A stretch of DNA of 64,000 nt from Tubiluchus corallicola. Its lineage: Eukaryota > Animalia > Priapulida. The notes below the pieces were generated by a model. That model saw only the letters and a list, made by a program, of their open reading frames with translations. It was not told the DNA's origin and made no database searches. Shown here one piece after another: positions 12,201-26,152 of the stretch (positions within the stretch are counted from its first letter, which is position 1; each line of letters starts with the position of its first letter). The position numbers and the translations under genes were made by a program. The DNA is taken from contig JAQGDQ010000083.1 of the NCBI GenBank assembly GCA_030141605.1, positions 628,181 to 692,180 on the forward strand. The letters are read 5' to 3'.

Positions 12201-13389
12201 TCTAGAATGAAAGAAATCTGCTTTCGAGACATGTAAGTCAAACAGCAGACACCAGACACTGCTATTGAAGCTATTCCAGTGGCTTGTCAGCACAACTTCG
12301 GTATAAATTATGAAACACCGGAAATGTAACATGGACTCATTATGACATACGTTCAACTGCAGTTGCAAGTAAAATTTTAACTGCATCATGTTTGACCGAA
12401 ATTCGGGTCTAACTGCACTAAATTTCATGTGCTTAAGTTAGCATCGTCAAATAGGGGCAACAATTTCAGTGTGTATGTGTTACTTTAACACAGTTATTCT
12501 GTAGCATGGCTTTTCATTGGACGAACAGCTTTGTATGGAGTTTTGGAGACAAAATGAAAAAATGAAATGAATTAAACTGCGAGTGTTATAGCATTTATTC
12601 AAACGCTCCGCCATGGCTGCGCTCTAACGAGTAGTTCAAAGCAGAGATTCATCGTTGCCAACAGAACAACGTAGTTTTCATCTAGCTAAAATGCGCGGGA
12701 GTAAAAGTGATGGCTTTAAAACGATTTGGAAGAATTAAGTACGAAGAAGTGTAAGCAGGCGACATTAATAAGGCTTCTAATTTCAAACCAGGATTACAAA
12801 CGCTGGATTTAAACGCTATTATGTCGAATAAAAATACCAGATTTCTGAGTATTTTTTCATCTCGTGTGCGCAAATTGTCAAATGCACTTTCTACAGTAGA
12901 CATTTCTCTCGTATTTACGGGTTAATGGATACAATTGTTCACTCACAAAAGGCTCATTAAGCTAGTAGAAGTAACGCGTGTCGGTATGTTGCTTTTCTAT
13001 ACATGCGTCCAGGTTAAAATGTCATTTTTCTTCAGCTGTGAAATTCTTCGTGTCACTCGCACACGCGCTGCAGCAAGTGAGAAGCTCTTATGAAAGAGAA
13101 AATTCCTCGCCGCTTAATCGCAATTTCATCTTTTCGCAAAATGGTTTCTCGGAAAAAAGCGAAAGCGAGTGAGCATTATTAAGATTCAATGCACTGTAGC
13201 CGCCCTTTAGATCACAGATAAAGGACGGTGCACACGGTTGTGTTCGGTGTTGCTCATTCAGCCGTTTCTAGCTTTGGTCAGTAGCTTTGTAAGACCTTTT
13301 ATAAAGGCCTAGTTTTTGGTGCCACACAAAAAATTTCATAATACAGGGACACAAAACATAGATGCAATTTTAGCAGGGTGATATTTGAC

Positions 13390-13550
13390 GTTGCGTTACG
13401 TTACGTTACGTTACGTTACGTTACGTTATGTTATGTTATGTTATGTTATGCTATGCTATGCCAGGCTACGCTGCGCTATGCTACATTCTCCTATCATGTT
13501 ATGTCATGTCACGTCGCGCTACATCACATCATATCGCATCGCATCGTATC
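13390..13550. repeat. Degenerate pentanucleotide (GTTAC/GTTAT/GCTAT/CATCG) array
   Basis: Directly visible. Confidence 0.9.
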
Positions 13551-14167
13551 ACAACAGCAAAAGCGTATAATCGATGCAAACATTTCTTATCATTGCTTTT
13601 CTTCATTCTGCTTCCTATACATACAGCAAATTGTCTCATCTCTTATACTACTCAAACTAATACTCTCACTCTACTTTCAATACAAGGGAAGCAGAGTGGC
13701 TACTGAGCTGATACTAATCTCAGATAATGACTTTTGATTGGTTTCATTAACTGAGAAGACAATACAGGTTTAGCTTGATTAAAGATGCCGCCTAGGTACA
13801 TTATGCTCAGACTCTCCTTTTAAGGAGATGACGGGGAGGTATTGAAGTGTATTCGCAGAGTGTTTGAGTGGTACAGGTATGATGAAAGCTGTAGCGAATA
13901 CGAAGGACTTCTCTCAGAATTTATCGTCAGTACGTACACTGAATAGCCGTGGGTACTCTGGTATCACGGTTTCATCTGGTTTCACGGTATATTCTGATTT
14001 CATCCAGAGAATCAGTATCCTTAATTTTTCTACCCTATTTCTTGCCTTCAGTGGTACTCACTGACAAGTTTCATCCAAACTGACACACTAGTGTAAAAGT
14101 CGTTTCAACTTTGGTCAGTCACAGCAATAATAACAATAAAAAACAACATCAATAACAAGATGATTAA

Positions 14168-14849
14168 CTCCTTCAGGACCGCACAATTTAGATATATATA
14201 TATTAAAATAGGCCTTATGATGAGACCTACGACTTCTCTGCTACTGTATGAGCACAAAAATAGCTAAATGGTTGCAAATTAGGTACTGTTCTATTCAGGA
14301 GTATTTCAGCTATCCAATTATACTATTTGTTTGGACATTTATAAGTGATTTAATTGGATAAAATTAAGAAAATCACGCCCTCTTCAGGCACTCCAATTTG
14401 GCTCATCGAGTAGCTTAGTCTGGTGTACACTTGTGTGGTCGTACACACTAGTTTACAGCCCAAGAGAACTGTCTGCTGTACAGAGTTCCAGGAAATCCAA
14501 CCGATCAACTAAGGACAAATTAAGGTCGTTTCATCCTTTAACAAGAATTTCTTCTCAAAAATAGCGTAGACTTGAGGCTAAAGTGCGTCAGTCTGAATAA
14601 TTGAGATTTTCTGCATTAGCCAATTTCACACAAGTGATACTGTTACAATGCAACCACTGCAGTTAGTGAAAGCTTTTTTTCAATTTATTGTCTAAGGTAA
14701 GCAATGCATTTCATATAAATATAATTTTGCATGAAAATCCATTGTGTGAGAAATAGCGACCTACAAAAAAATAACCTAATCGCTTCTTAACGAGAGCAGT
14801 TTTCATGAACCCATGCAAAATGCAGCAAACGCGTAGGGTCCTGAAGGAG
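14168..14849. mobile_element. TTAA-specific (piggyBac-like) MITE, 682 bp
   Basis: Perfect 13-bp TIR CTCCTTCAGGACC / GGTCCTGAAGGAG; flanks TTAA and TTGA. Confidence 0.75.
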
Positions 14850-15439
14850 TTGATTCCGCGGCTGTTAATAGCTAATTTACACTGAAGCCAAAGATCAACA
14901 TAGTTTGCTATCTGATCATCTTGAAGTTACACATCGAAGTTACAAAACAATATAAACCGATTTTATCTATTCCGCACCCCTCAAAACCCGTCCGCATCCG
15001 CATCCGCATTCTTCACAAACGCCACTTAACATGCAAAAGTTTTAGCTAGATTTAATACAAATCAGATTCAACGCATTTGGCAATTTCAATTCAAGTTTAA
15101 CATAAGGTTTAACAGTGATTTTATTCAATATACAGATTGACTAAAATTTCAAAGTTCTCAATCTGTATTCAGCAGTGATTCAACACAGGCATGCTAATAA
15201 AGTGGATTTAACTAAGTCAACATAACGGATTCTACGTGAGTTAACACGAATTCAACAAAGATTTGTGTGTGTAAATTCAACACGGCTTCAGCCTTGAACC
15301 AACATAAATTCGTTCGTGAAATTCAACAAAACTTACTAGTGCAAATTCAACACGAACTCGGTAAGCCGAATTAAACCAGGATTTGCTTATTTCACTTCAC
15401 TTAAAACAAGTTATGAAAGCCAACGTGCTTGTCAATTAA

Positions 15440-16051
15440 AGGAAGACAGGATGATTTTTTATATATTACCCCATTTTCAAGTCCGACAAAAAGTATACAG
15501 TTTAACACGATTAATATTGAAAAAGCGTTTCTGATAATTAAATAATAGATTAAAAACTTAACGGCAGGCGAGCCCAACTATTGATGACATCACAAACGAA
15601 TATAATTTTCAACAGCAAACATATTCCACATGCGTGTCGCACGCATTTGTGAAAGATTTAATTGAAGCACGGTGTTACCGTAACAGATTCAGTGTGCTGT
15701 AATAAAACTGGACAAGTTTTAAGAAATAATTCAATTTTCAAGTTTACCCCTGTGCTCACGCATGAGCTGTCGATCATGTGCAATACGTCACAAACGAACA
15801 CCTCTGAACTGAGCGGTGCAGTACCTGTTTTTATGCAACGTGTTTCCAAAATGCAGGGGCTAGTGCCCGTTTAACTAGAGAACGGCGAAATGCATGTAAC
15901 AGTGAAGAACTAGTGGCGCGAACGTGAAATTGTGTTTGTGTGGTAATAATTCTTTCACGTAAGTCATTCTGGAAAAAATAGTATGTCTGCTTTCAATATT
16001 TTAAAGAGTAGACTATTTTGACTTGCAGTTTAAGATTGGGCCCGTTTTGTT
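15440..16051 (+). mobile_element. Kolobok-like MITE family, copy 1
   Basis: TTAA-AGGAAGACAGG...GTTTTGTT-TTAA; homologous over about 600 bp to 21509-22100 and to 53584-54198 (reverse). Confidence 0.75.
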
Positions 16052-16239
16052 TTAATTCAAAGTGATTTTATATTTTATATTCGTACGTTCACAAAACGCG
16101 ACGTGTAGCATTATGTTGTGACTTCTGGGGCTTCTGAATGTTTTTCATTCTAGTGCTTCCGAGGAGTTCAGTGACAACTAATGTTGATTAAGTTAAAACA
16201 TATATTACATAATTATGTTCGTTCTATTTTAGAAAACAC

Positions 16240-16615
16240 AGTTACCATCTGACCCTCTATTATCACTGCTTCACAAGCTACAGAGTTGGGAAAACTTCAA
16301 GAAAGGATGTGTAAAATAATTAATACATAATAAATATAGAAGATCAAAACACTCTTGCCAAATCAAAAGTGCTGATGGTAAAACGTCGCCACATCGCCAT
16401 CCCAGTGTGCATCACTGGCTCACCAAAAACACATTATTGATCTTATTGACAATATAAAGTAATTAATACTTTTATTTAGTTAGCGGAGAGTGTGCTACGA
16501 ATGCTGTGATTATTTGTTTCCTACTTTGCACAGTGTTATCTAAACTTGTTTCAATTGACTTACAGTTAAAATGGCTGCGTCTAACGGTCATTGCGAGAGT
16601 TTAAATTTACCATTT
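16240..16615 (-). repeat. Dispersed repeat family (other copies at about 37060-37415 and 41985-42290, plus strand)
   Basis: Shared blocks AAATTTAAACTC.CGC, AATCACAGCATTCG and TTTTTG(G)TGAG.CA..G....CACTGGGATGGC; the 37.4-kb copy ends CCCCT-TTAA like a Kolobok end. Confidence 0.65.
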
Positions 16616-16857
16616 TTATACAGCGTTGCTGCCAACGGAAGTCCTGTATGTAGTACTGTAAGTGATAGAAACATTTCAACTGGAATTTTTAAACTATATT
16701 TATGAAGGGTGTTTTCTTGTGCTTTAAATGCAGTATTTTAGTATGAATGAAACATAAAGATATGCAACATGACAGTGAATTTTTTTCTTGTTATTCATTT
16801 AGTTATTGTTGTGTATTCATTTTAATAGATGCATTTCAAAATAGTGCAAAAACGGTA

Positions 16858-17240
16858 AGCGTTTTCACAGTTTCGTTGTGCGCACGCGCAATTGCTGTAG
16901 GTCAAAGGTTAAGTGTACCATAGCAACGCGTCCTAACTACAACCGCCACGTAACATGTGGGTAAAGCAAAGCCCAGTTCTGTAACTTCAGTTGTTTTACG
17001 TGGACTTTACTTAATTATGTATTAGTCTGTGCGCAGAGTGATTTACTAGCAGGATCTTGCTTGGGAACAAGAAAAAATAAACTAAGTAAGGTGCTACATG
17101 CAGCAGTCGTCCCTTTTCTTAATTACTATTACATCAGCATAGGCTGCGAGGCGTTTTAAAGTGTACACAAATGATATCTGGTACACTTAACCTGCTATCT
17201 TTTCACGATCACCATCAATCTGTGAAACTGTGAAATAGCT
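16858..17240. mobile_element. TIR MITE (~380 bp), copy 1; copy 2 at 56657-57026
   Basis: TIR AGCGTTTTCACAGTTTC / GAAACTGTGAAATAGCT flanked by TA; the two copies align end to end. Confidence 0.75.
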
Positions 17241-17394
17241 TATCAGTTGTATGCGTTTTTTGCGCTTGATCCATTATACCACTTATCGGTAGTTTCTTTG
17301 TTCAGATGTATAATGTTTTCAAGTCGTTTTTGTTTGTCTTTCGTAATTTTAGTTCTTTAATGGTTCAATAAATAAATAAATATTCACATTCATA

Positions 17395-17776
17395 CGGGGC
17401 TGAGTTATCCTATAGGCTAGTATAGGCTGCAGCCTAGAGCCGTTCAAGCTTAGGGGCGCAAACGCTTTGATAACATTTGGTAAAAAATCTGTTTTTCACT
17501 GCGGCTGTGTTGAAATATGTGCTAGTTTGGTTTGCAATAAATAGTAACATAATGGTATTTCTTTAAGAATATTTTTGTTGGCAAAGAAAAGATAGCTCTT
17601 CTAGTCTATTTGAAGAATTTACAATAAGTTTACTTCAAGCTGTGTAAATGTCGCTAAAATATATCAAGAGTAAAAATATTCAAGACGAGTGCAGCCGAGT
17701 TAGAGGGTTGCTCCATCTGGGGGGACCCATAATATAATTAGACTAACGGCCCCCAAAAGCTCATAATCCGGTCTTG
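17395..17776. mobile_element. hAT-like MITE, copy 1
   Basis: Starts C(G)GGGCTGAGTTATCCTATAGGCTAGTATAGGCTGCAGCCTAG, ends CATAATCCGGTCTTG; homologous to 20182-21040. Confidence 0.6.
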
Positions 17777-18249
17777 CCTACACACGCAAACATTTGTGAC
17801 CGAGAAGCAATTGTGTTTAGTACAAGTTAGCGTTATAATTGCTGGTTTTAATAGACCTGCCATTGTAAATTATTGCTTCATATATCACTGGCAGTGACAA
17901 ATGTCTATTTTGAGTTATTCACTGAACCTCACAGGATTTGAACGCCGTTCTGTTTGCTTATTTGCTGTCTGGAATGATCTTGTATGAAAACAATTAAATA
18001 TATACGTAATAAATGATTTATTAATTCGTGAACGCAGAAAAAAACACGTGACTAACGATCATTCATTGTACGCAAAAGTTGTTTTTATTTCTGTAAGTTG
18101 ATTGTACTCATACAGGTAGTTGCAGAAAAATCATTAATAAAATGGCATATCTTTTGTTAGAATTCTGCGTCTTTATTTTTCATGATGAATAAAAATTTAT
18201 CTTCCTTTTCTTGTGCTGGGAAAATCAAGACTCAGATCAGTAGTTTTTA

Positions 18250-18429
18250 CGTATAATTTAACTCTTTCTTAGTTTAGTTTAGAGCAGTATAGTAAAAAGT
18301 GTTTTTCATCTTCTGCTTCTCCTGAATTGAACTACATGTATTTACAAAATTTTCCAATATCTGGTATTTGATTTTGTCTGTGATACCGGCCAGTTTCTCT
18401 ATGTATACACACACACACACACACGTGTG

Positions 18430-18501
<72 letters not shown>

Positions 18502-20130
18502 TGTGTGTGTGTGTCTTTATTCGCCATAAAATCTATATTATGTAAACAATGGGATCTTATTCTTAATTTAGTAAAAGCTCTTTTTAGTTTAAAAGCTGTT
18601 TCATTAGTTAACAAGTAATTTTGCACTTCAAATAAATTTTTAAATTTGCTTCCATCGCCAATGTTATTATAATTTTTATTGATTTCACTGGTGCAGTATT
18701 CCTTATTCATTTTCATTCCTCGTTCATTCCTTATTTCACTTTAATAGACGCTAACAGCCGTTTTTGTTTGTCGCTCCCTGATTTTGCCAGACATGCGCAA
18801 AACCAATATGAGTTAGAATAGATTTTATAAATGAAACCCAGCTGTTTAAATCTAGATCAGCTTGATTTATTGACCCTTTCTATAAAAATACGCAAAATAA
18901 GATTCTGGTAATTTAATTATGTAAAGTCAGCGATTAATTGCTCTACAGACGCGATCTATACCTAATGGAAAATGCCCCATCTACACTTCGCACAGCGTGT
19001 TTTACAGATTTGATATTTACATGAAGAATATAAGTTTTAGGTTTAATGCCTCCGAGTCAACGTTATCGTAAGCTGTATGAAGATTTTCCAAACAAACAGC
19101 AAGTTTGAAATTTGTCGAGAAAAGTCCCAAATTCTTCACACTTCACTGCCATGTAACGTTACAGATTTAACGAGAGAATCAAACAAACTGAGAGTTACAT
19201 TTCAGGGCATGTTATAATTAATCAGTTCCAATCTTAAAATATTTAGGAATTTTATTCGTTTGTTTCTAAGGATTGGATAGATTGCCTACATGAACTGCAA
19301 TTATAAAAGTCGATATCAAGATATTTGTATTGATTTACAATTTCAGCATGTTATTTTCGTACGTTTAATATTGATTTAGAGACGCTTTACCCAGTTTATT
19401 AAAAACAATAATAATTTGAGTTTTCTTAAAAATCACCGTTAATTACCACTATGATCAATATTTAGATAAAATGTTAAGAACATTTGCAAGCCACAAATTC
19501 TGATGTAGACAATATAACAATGTGATCGCCATACATCAAACAATTCCTAGATTGGTTATTTGTAATAATCGGATCGGAAGAGGCGTAAAATAAAGTTGGC
19601 AAATCATCAATGAAATAATATTGAGAACAATGTTGCGCAGCCCTGCTTGACGCCTACAATGCTTTTGAAAGGATTAGGTGATCCATAGATAGTTCTTATA
19701 GAGTAATCACATTTACTATTCATGTATATAATACCTGTAATTCCATCCATTGCATTTTACAATACAGAACTTGATGGTAGACAAGAGTCCAAAGCTTTTT
19801 TTATAATCAACCAAACAAGCGAACAATTGTCGCTTATTTATAATAAGTCACTTATCGATACTAGTGTTCAATGCTGGGATGTGGTCAATTGTACTACATG
19901 TGCCTCTTTCTAAAGCAAATTTTCGTTTGTTTAATTCTATCTTCTAGGTATTTATTCAAACGTTCGATTAAGACATTCTCGAACAATTTACCGAAGAAAC
20001 TCGACATAGTTATTCGCCGATAATTAGCGCGTTCGCCTTTAGAACATGTTTTATGCAAGGACACAGTAAAATTTTCTGACCACCCTGTAGAATATACATT
20101 ACACGAGTAAATTAAGTTGATCAACTACTT
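18250..20130 (-). pseudogene. Decayed non-LTR retrotransposon (CR1/RTE-X-like) RT and C-terminus
   Basis: NYRRITMSSFFGKLFENVLIERL, GVKQGC and KRAFTKLRIRSH fragments with many stops and frameshifts; interrupted by a (CA)/(GCGT) repeat at 18406-18512. Confidence 0.75.
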
Positions 20131-20181
20131 AAGTTGAAGTAGTCGAAATTTATCAGATTCACATCACATCAACATAGTCGT

Positions 20182-21040
20182 CAGGGCTGATTATCCTATA
20201 GGCTAGTATAGGCTGCAGCCTAGGGGGCCCTCAAGCTTGAAGGCCAGGGCTGATTATCCTATAGGCTAGTATAGGCTGCAGCCTAGAGTATCTCAAGCTT
20301 AGGGGGCCTCAAGTTTTGGTAACATTTGGTAAGTTTTAACTACGGTTGTGTTGAAATATGTGCTAATTTGGTTTGCAATAAGTAGTAAAATAGTGGTATT
20401 TCGTTAAGAACACTTTTGTTACCAAACAAAAGATAGATGTTCTAGTTTATTTAAGGAATTTGCAATAACTTTATTTCAACTAATGCAAACATGTAAAACA
20501 TTCGTATTCGCATTTTTAGTGCCAAAAATACATACAATACAAAAAAAACAAGACATACATACAATTTCAATTTTAAAATATAGCGACACTGCAGACAAAC
20601 CAATCAATTACTGATGAAACAAATATTATTAAATCTTCCTGTTAATTATTTAATTATTTAAATGTAAAGTTTAATGAGTAATATTTAAAATAAATTGTCA
20701 CTCATCTGGCTTCATTTTTAATGATATGATGTATGTGGTCCATAATGTCTTAAAAACGCTTTGTTAAAACATAATCAATAAATGCTTTAATTACTTCTAA
20801 ATCAATACTTCCCATCTAGAATAAAAAATTATCAGCTTTGTTCATAAGCAAAAAATCTGATATAACTAGATTGATGTGATTATATAACTATCCTCTGGGA
20901 TTATTGTAATATGCAATAATATTGTAATATTGTAAAATGCACCACGAGTAAAAACATTCAAGACGGGTGCGGCGAGTTAGACGGTGGCTCCATCTGAGGG
21001 GGTGCGGCGAGTTAGACGGTGGCTCCATCTGAGAGGCCCT
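20182..21040. mobile_element. hAT-like MITE, copy 2, with a duplicated 5' end and a nested LINE fragment
   Basis: CAGGGCTGATTATCC...GCAGCCTAG occurs twice in tandem; LINE 3' fragment at about 20543-20812 inside; ends GGCCCTG. Confidence 0.6.
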
Positions 21041-21508
21041 GCAGTGATGTACGCTCTGAAAATCATCGGGTTCTCCTTAAAATTACAAAATCCATGATTT
21101 CTAGTCTTGTCTCTTCAAGCTGATATTGTGCAGCCAGAATGAATGACTCCTATCTGGCTATCAGACAGCATAATTTATACTAAAAGGAATATTTTTCGAG
21201 AGCTGTACCACACTCTGACAATCACTTTTGTACTGCAGACTGTCAAAGACCTGACAGCAGTCCTAGAACAGTCCAAGAGATAAACCTGGAAAACATTGAG
21301 TTCAACTAATACATTATGCACTAGGCCTTTTATAACTTTATAAAGACATGCAAAAGCTTCCAGACGGGTATTTTAAGGATACGAGGTAGGTAAGATTGAT
21401 CAGTGGCCGAGGTAATATAGAGAGAACACCTATAGATGGAATTAGACTAGGTATTAATTTTAGGCAAGGCTTTAACACACCTGAAGGCAAAACACTGCAC
21501 TTTCTTAA

Positions 21509-22100
21509 AACAAAATTGGACGATTTTTTCATTTTGAAGTACGGTAACATGTATAATAGTGCCAAAGCATTTCCGATAATTAAATAACAGGTTAAAATTT
21601 AATTGACGACGGGCGAGTCCAGCTAGTGATGACCTCACAAACGAACTCAATTTTTCAACAGCACAAGCTTTTTACAAACGTGTTACACGTGCTTGCGAAA
21701 GTGAAAATCGAAATACAGTGCTATTGTTGAACATTTAGTGTGTTATACAAAAATTTGGCAAATTTTAAGATAAAAATTGAAATTTTTAAATACCGGTGTG
21801 CTCACGCATGCGCTGTTGAACGTGTGCAGTTCGTCAAAAACTGACACATCTGAACTGAGAGGTACAGCACTTGTTTTTCATGCAACGCGTTTCCGAAATG
21901 CAGGTGCTAGTGCTCGTCTAACTAACGAATTGTGAAAAACAGCTAAGAACTAGGTGCAGGAACTCGAAATTACTTTTGTGTAGTAATAATTCTTTCACGT
22001 AAGTCGTAAGTCATTATTTAAAAAATGGGTATGTTGCCTTTCAATATTTTTAAAATACATTTAAAAAGACTTACAGTTTAGGATTGGGAGTGGTTTTCCT
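21509..22100 (+). mobile_element. Kolobok-like MITE family, copy 2
   Basis: Homologous to 15440-16051; ends GGTTTTCCT-TTAA. Confidence 0.75.
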
Positions 22101-22468
22101 TTAACGGATGCTTTTTGAAGTGACGATGCGCCTACATTGCACTGCATATAAAGCAGTTACTGCAGTTACTGATTCTTCCTCGTGTCATTTATTACATTGA
22201 CAGAAATCTGCGCTCTCTACTCTTTTAAAATTATTAACTCGCTTTGTCTCGCGTTTCTAAGAGCACGTCCAGGTTAGCCCTAATGGTTTACCCTGTTATC
22301 AATTTTGTGACAAGAAAAGTTGATTAAAGTGTCAAGATGAACAATAAATTGACACGTCTGATCTTAAGTGGCAAAGGATTGTAACAAAGAGAGAAGCTTT
22401 CTCTCTTGTCTCTCAGTTAGCATAATAATTTCATTTTATTGTTTATTATTTATTTTATTTTAGATCTC

Positions 22469-22565
<97 letters not shown>

Positions 22566-22619
22566 CACACGCAAATATATCGCAATATGCAATCAACCTT
22601 ATTAACACAAACAAATATT

Positions 22620-24136
22620 AGGTAAAAACGACACACAAATATTTACATTGACATATTTGAAAGACAAATCTACATGTTATTCACTCAACAGGGTTATTAA
22701 CATCTCATCGATAGCATCTTTTCTAAAACCAGTTTTTACTGTTCATTAGAATTGATAAGACCAGTGAAGTTCATGTGCTAATTTAGCTAAATCATTATGA
22801 CACCCTAGTCTATCAAATTCTACAGTAGACACATGAATAGTTGATTTTTCCCAAGCATTGACACCCTTGAGTGCTTATTTAGTTTTGACAAGGCTTTAAA
22901 AATACAAATATATGCGTTATTCACAGTGTTAAAAAGTTTATACATAGAGTCATGCTGGAATGACTGTTTCTAGGTAAAATACAAGATAACACTTTACGAG
23001 CTTCGACAGCTGTAATGTTGATTGCATCATCATTCAAATCAAATAGTATGCTTCCATAAAATAAGTAACAAAACGATTGATGTAATTTCAACAGTACACG
23101 CTTATAAGAAAACTTCAGTCGAGAAATGCGCCCGTATACTCGAGGCACATGATTGATTCTTATTGCTTACCCATGTTGCTTGGATCTGCCCAAGCAAACT
23201 GTTTCATTAGTGATAATACAATTTTTCTACATGAATAAGTCTGTAAATAGCATTACTTAGCGTTCTGCCTTTTTGTCCATTTAATGAACTATCAAGTCTC
23301 CTTCTGATAAGCTTCTTCTGAAGTCTATAAAATATGTACTGTACTGTAATGCTATAATGCGGAATGCCCATCATGCGATGCACGAAATTCAGCAACGTAA
23401 ACAAAACGTACCTAGATTAGTGAAAAGTCTATATTTTGCACTTATAGATAGATAAATCCTGAATTAAAGAAAGTCAGGATGATTCGAAATAAAATAGTTT
23501 TATTTATTAATAATAAAAAAGCATTAACAAACTTCACGCATTTGTTTAACACCAGTTATTTAAGGGCAGTCAAACTTGGGTTGAGTAAAGTGGCATCGTC
23601 TGTATAGCCCAGGAGTCTGATGTAACTGTTTAGAAAATCACAACTTAGCTTAAAATTTTTAAGAATAATTAAAAAAATCTTCTAAGTAAATAGTAAAAAG
23701 TACATAAGTAAGCACACTTCCTTGTTTAATTCCGGCTATTGCTGTAAAAGCAAATGATTTACTTTGATTCCAATAAACTCTAATTTCTTGATTTGCGTAC
23801 ATTTCCAACATGAGGGAAGCAGTCAGTTTAGATAAAAAACATCTATTTTCTAATTTTGTAAAAAATAACGGAATATTCACTCTGTCAAATACCTTGGAAA
23901 AATCTAGCAGGCAATAATAAACAGGTGAGCTCGTTTCAATAAACGAGTTTACAGTGTCTCTTACAAGTAAAGTGCACAAATCTGTAAAAAACCTTGTTTT
24001 GAAATTTAGCCAAAATAAGCCAGTCAACAAGCTTGGTAATATATGAAGTCGGCGATATGGCTCTATAATTCAAGTTTCTTCGTATAAGCCTATGACGGTT
24101 TTTAACAATATAGTTTATAGTATTAGTACATAACAT
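22620..24136 (-). pseudogene. Decayed LINE (RTE-X-like) RT
   Basis: NYRAISPTSYITKLVDWLIL, VYYCLLDFSKVFDRVN, GIKQGSVL and GYTDD fragments in shifting frames. Confidence 0.8.
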
Positions 24137-25249
24137 GCCAGCGAACGATTAAATTCAACTTGATATCAGATAGAATAATATATCAGTTCGGTGGAGCACA
24201 CCAGTTTTTTGACATAAATGAAACTCGACAATGGAATTTGCCCACATTGTTTCAAAAGTTCTCATTCTTTCACTCTTAGTACATAAGAAACGTAAAGCAG
24301 TATAATTATATGGCCTCCACATTAAACTGATAGGTATCAGGTATAATGTATATAACATACTTGAATATTCCATTTTGTATCCGTAGTCTCTAATAAAAAA
24401 GAACTGTATGCCATCGTTGTTCCAACGTGATGAAACTTACCTGTCAATTGTTATTGATGTTATATACAGTGTCGAGATAACCTGTCATGACAAATACATG
24501 GGTATAGTGAATTAAAATTTTTGCTGAAGTATGTCTTCACAGTTTAATGTGAATATATAGATATATAAATATAATACATATATAAACGCTGTTGACAACT
24601 CGTTTTTTCCGTACTTGTTCAATATGATGTATGTGTTTAGTAATTATAATTTGTTTGTTCGTATTTGAATAATTGTTTTACTGTGTAATTGTAGAATTGT
24701 TATATGCTTGTAATCTTGTTATTGTCACTTATCAATAGCACCTGCATTGTATTATTGTGTTTTCCACGTGTGCATTGTACTGTTTGCTCATATGTACTGT
24801 ACCATTCGAGTACGTGATAAATAATACATAAAAAATAAATAGTTAGCGTAATGAAGCCGCCCCTCTGTCATTTTATGACGCGGCTGACACTCAAGAAACA
24901 TTATCTTTTCGCTCATTTTGTATAAATGGGTTTCCACGTAAATACAGTTTTCGGAATGGCACTTTTATTGCGATTTTATTATCTGCGAAGGCAATATTCA
25001 TTTCAGAAATAAAACGATGCTTCGTAAAGGTAAACGCCAAAGCGATAGTCTGAATCAGCAATCTAATGCAAAGCGTAAATATGGTAAGAGAGACGAAATA
25101 GGCAACAGAAAAGTGAAAAGAAAATTATCAGTTTCAAACGTAGCATTGTCGTTTATACTGACGGTGTAGTATTAATGAACATCGGCGAAATGACATGATA
25201 TATCAAACATGAAATAAAACAAAGATAATAAAAAAATGCAGCGTTAAAT

Positions 25250-25800
25250 GTAACGGTCTGAGAAGCGTTTCATGAAAAAAATCGGATTTTGCCACCACGT
25301 TTCCATATCTCAATTGGACCTGTCTTCAAATATTTTGTGGACCAATCATCATTAATTTCATTAACTTCTACATCTTGTGATGTATTTAAAAACACGAACT
25401 GCTCATAGGGAGACACGTAATGAAAGTTACGACAGAAATCAGAAAGGATACCAAAACATTCCTCTCTTATATGAGCGTGCAGTGGACATTCAGTAGTTAC
25501 ATGCAATTCATCCTCTACTTTGTTCAAACAACAATTTTTACATACTCGTTGTTTTCAGGTACTTTTTCAGCTTATGATATCTACGGATTTCAATTGCTAA
25601 TTTATGAGCACTAATACGAAATCTCGTTAAGTTAATTTTGACATGTTTTGGAATACTAATCAACAAATAATTTTCCATGTTATAAGAATTTTTGAAACGG
25701 TTATACGTCCTAAGTTTATTGCTGTTTTCATTCAGTGCAGCCCGCTTCATTTCCTGCAGCCAGTATTGTGGAAGTTGGTATTTGTACATTGTAGTTAGGT
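25250..25800 (-). pseudogene. LINE 3'-terminal fragment
   Basis: NKLRTYNRFK...ENYL...LTRFRISAHKLAIE and VEDELHVTTECPL (C-terminal zinc-knuckle region). Confidence 0.8.
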
Positions 25801-25879
25801 GCTGCCATCTATGTGCTAATCTTCTTACATTCTTCTAGCTGACTTACCTTCAGTATACTTGTATGGTCCAGTGACTACA

Positions 25880-26152
25880 TACACACTAGTCCTCTCCCTA
25901 TCTTAAATTAATGGTTGTTGTGAAACCTGTACAAGTCTGCATAGTTCTGCAAAGGTCAAGTTTAACACCTGTATTCTGGCTGTGAAACAGGTTCTACTGA
26001 CTGTTTTTAAATTCTAGTTTTGCACAATATTCAGTGCAGCAGTTTTCTATTCATGTTTCTATAGTTCAATAAACACTTTTCTGTTGTGTGCAATGCAAAT
26101 ATTTGTTGTAGATTTTTGGTTCCTATCCATACGTCTCTGTGTCTAAACTCAA
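25880..26152 (+). repeat. ~270-bp dispersed repeat; inverted copy at 29277-29535 inserted in an RTE remnant
   Basis: Shared ACACT.GTCCTCTCC...TAATGGTTGTTGTGA and CAGTGCAGCAGTT...AATAAACACTTTTCT blocks. Confidence 0.65.

Noticed and set aside
15050-15390. Loose TTCAACAC-type periodicity
   Set aside because: Too degenerate to define a unit; likely an old decayed tandem repeat.
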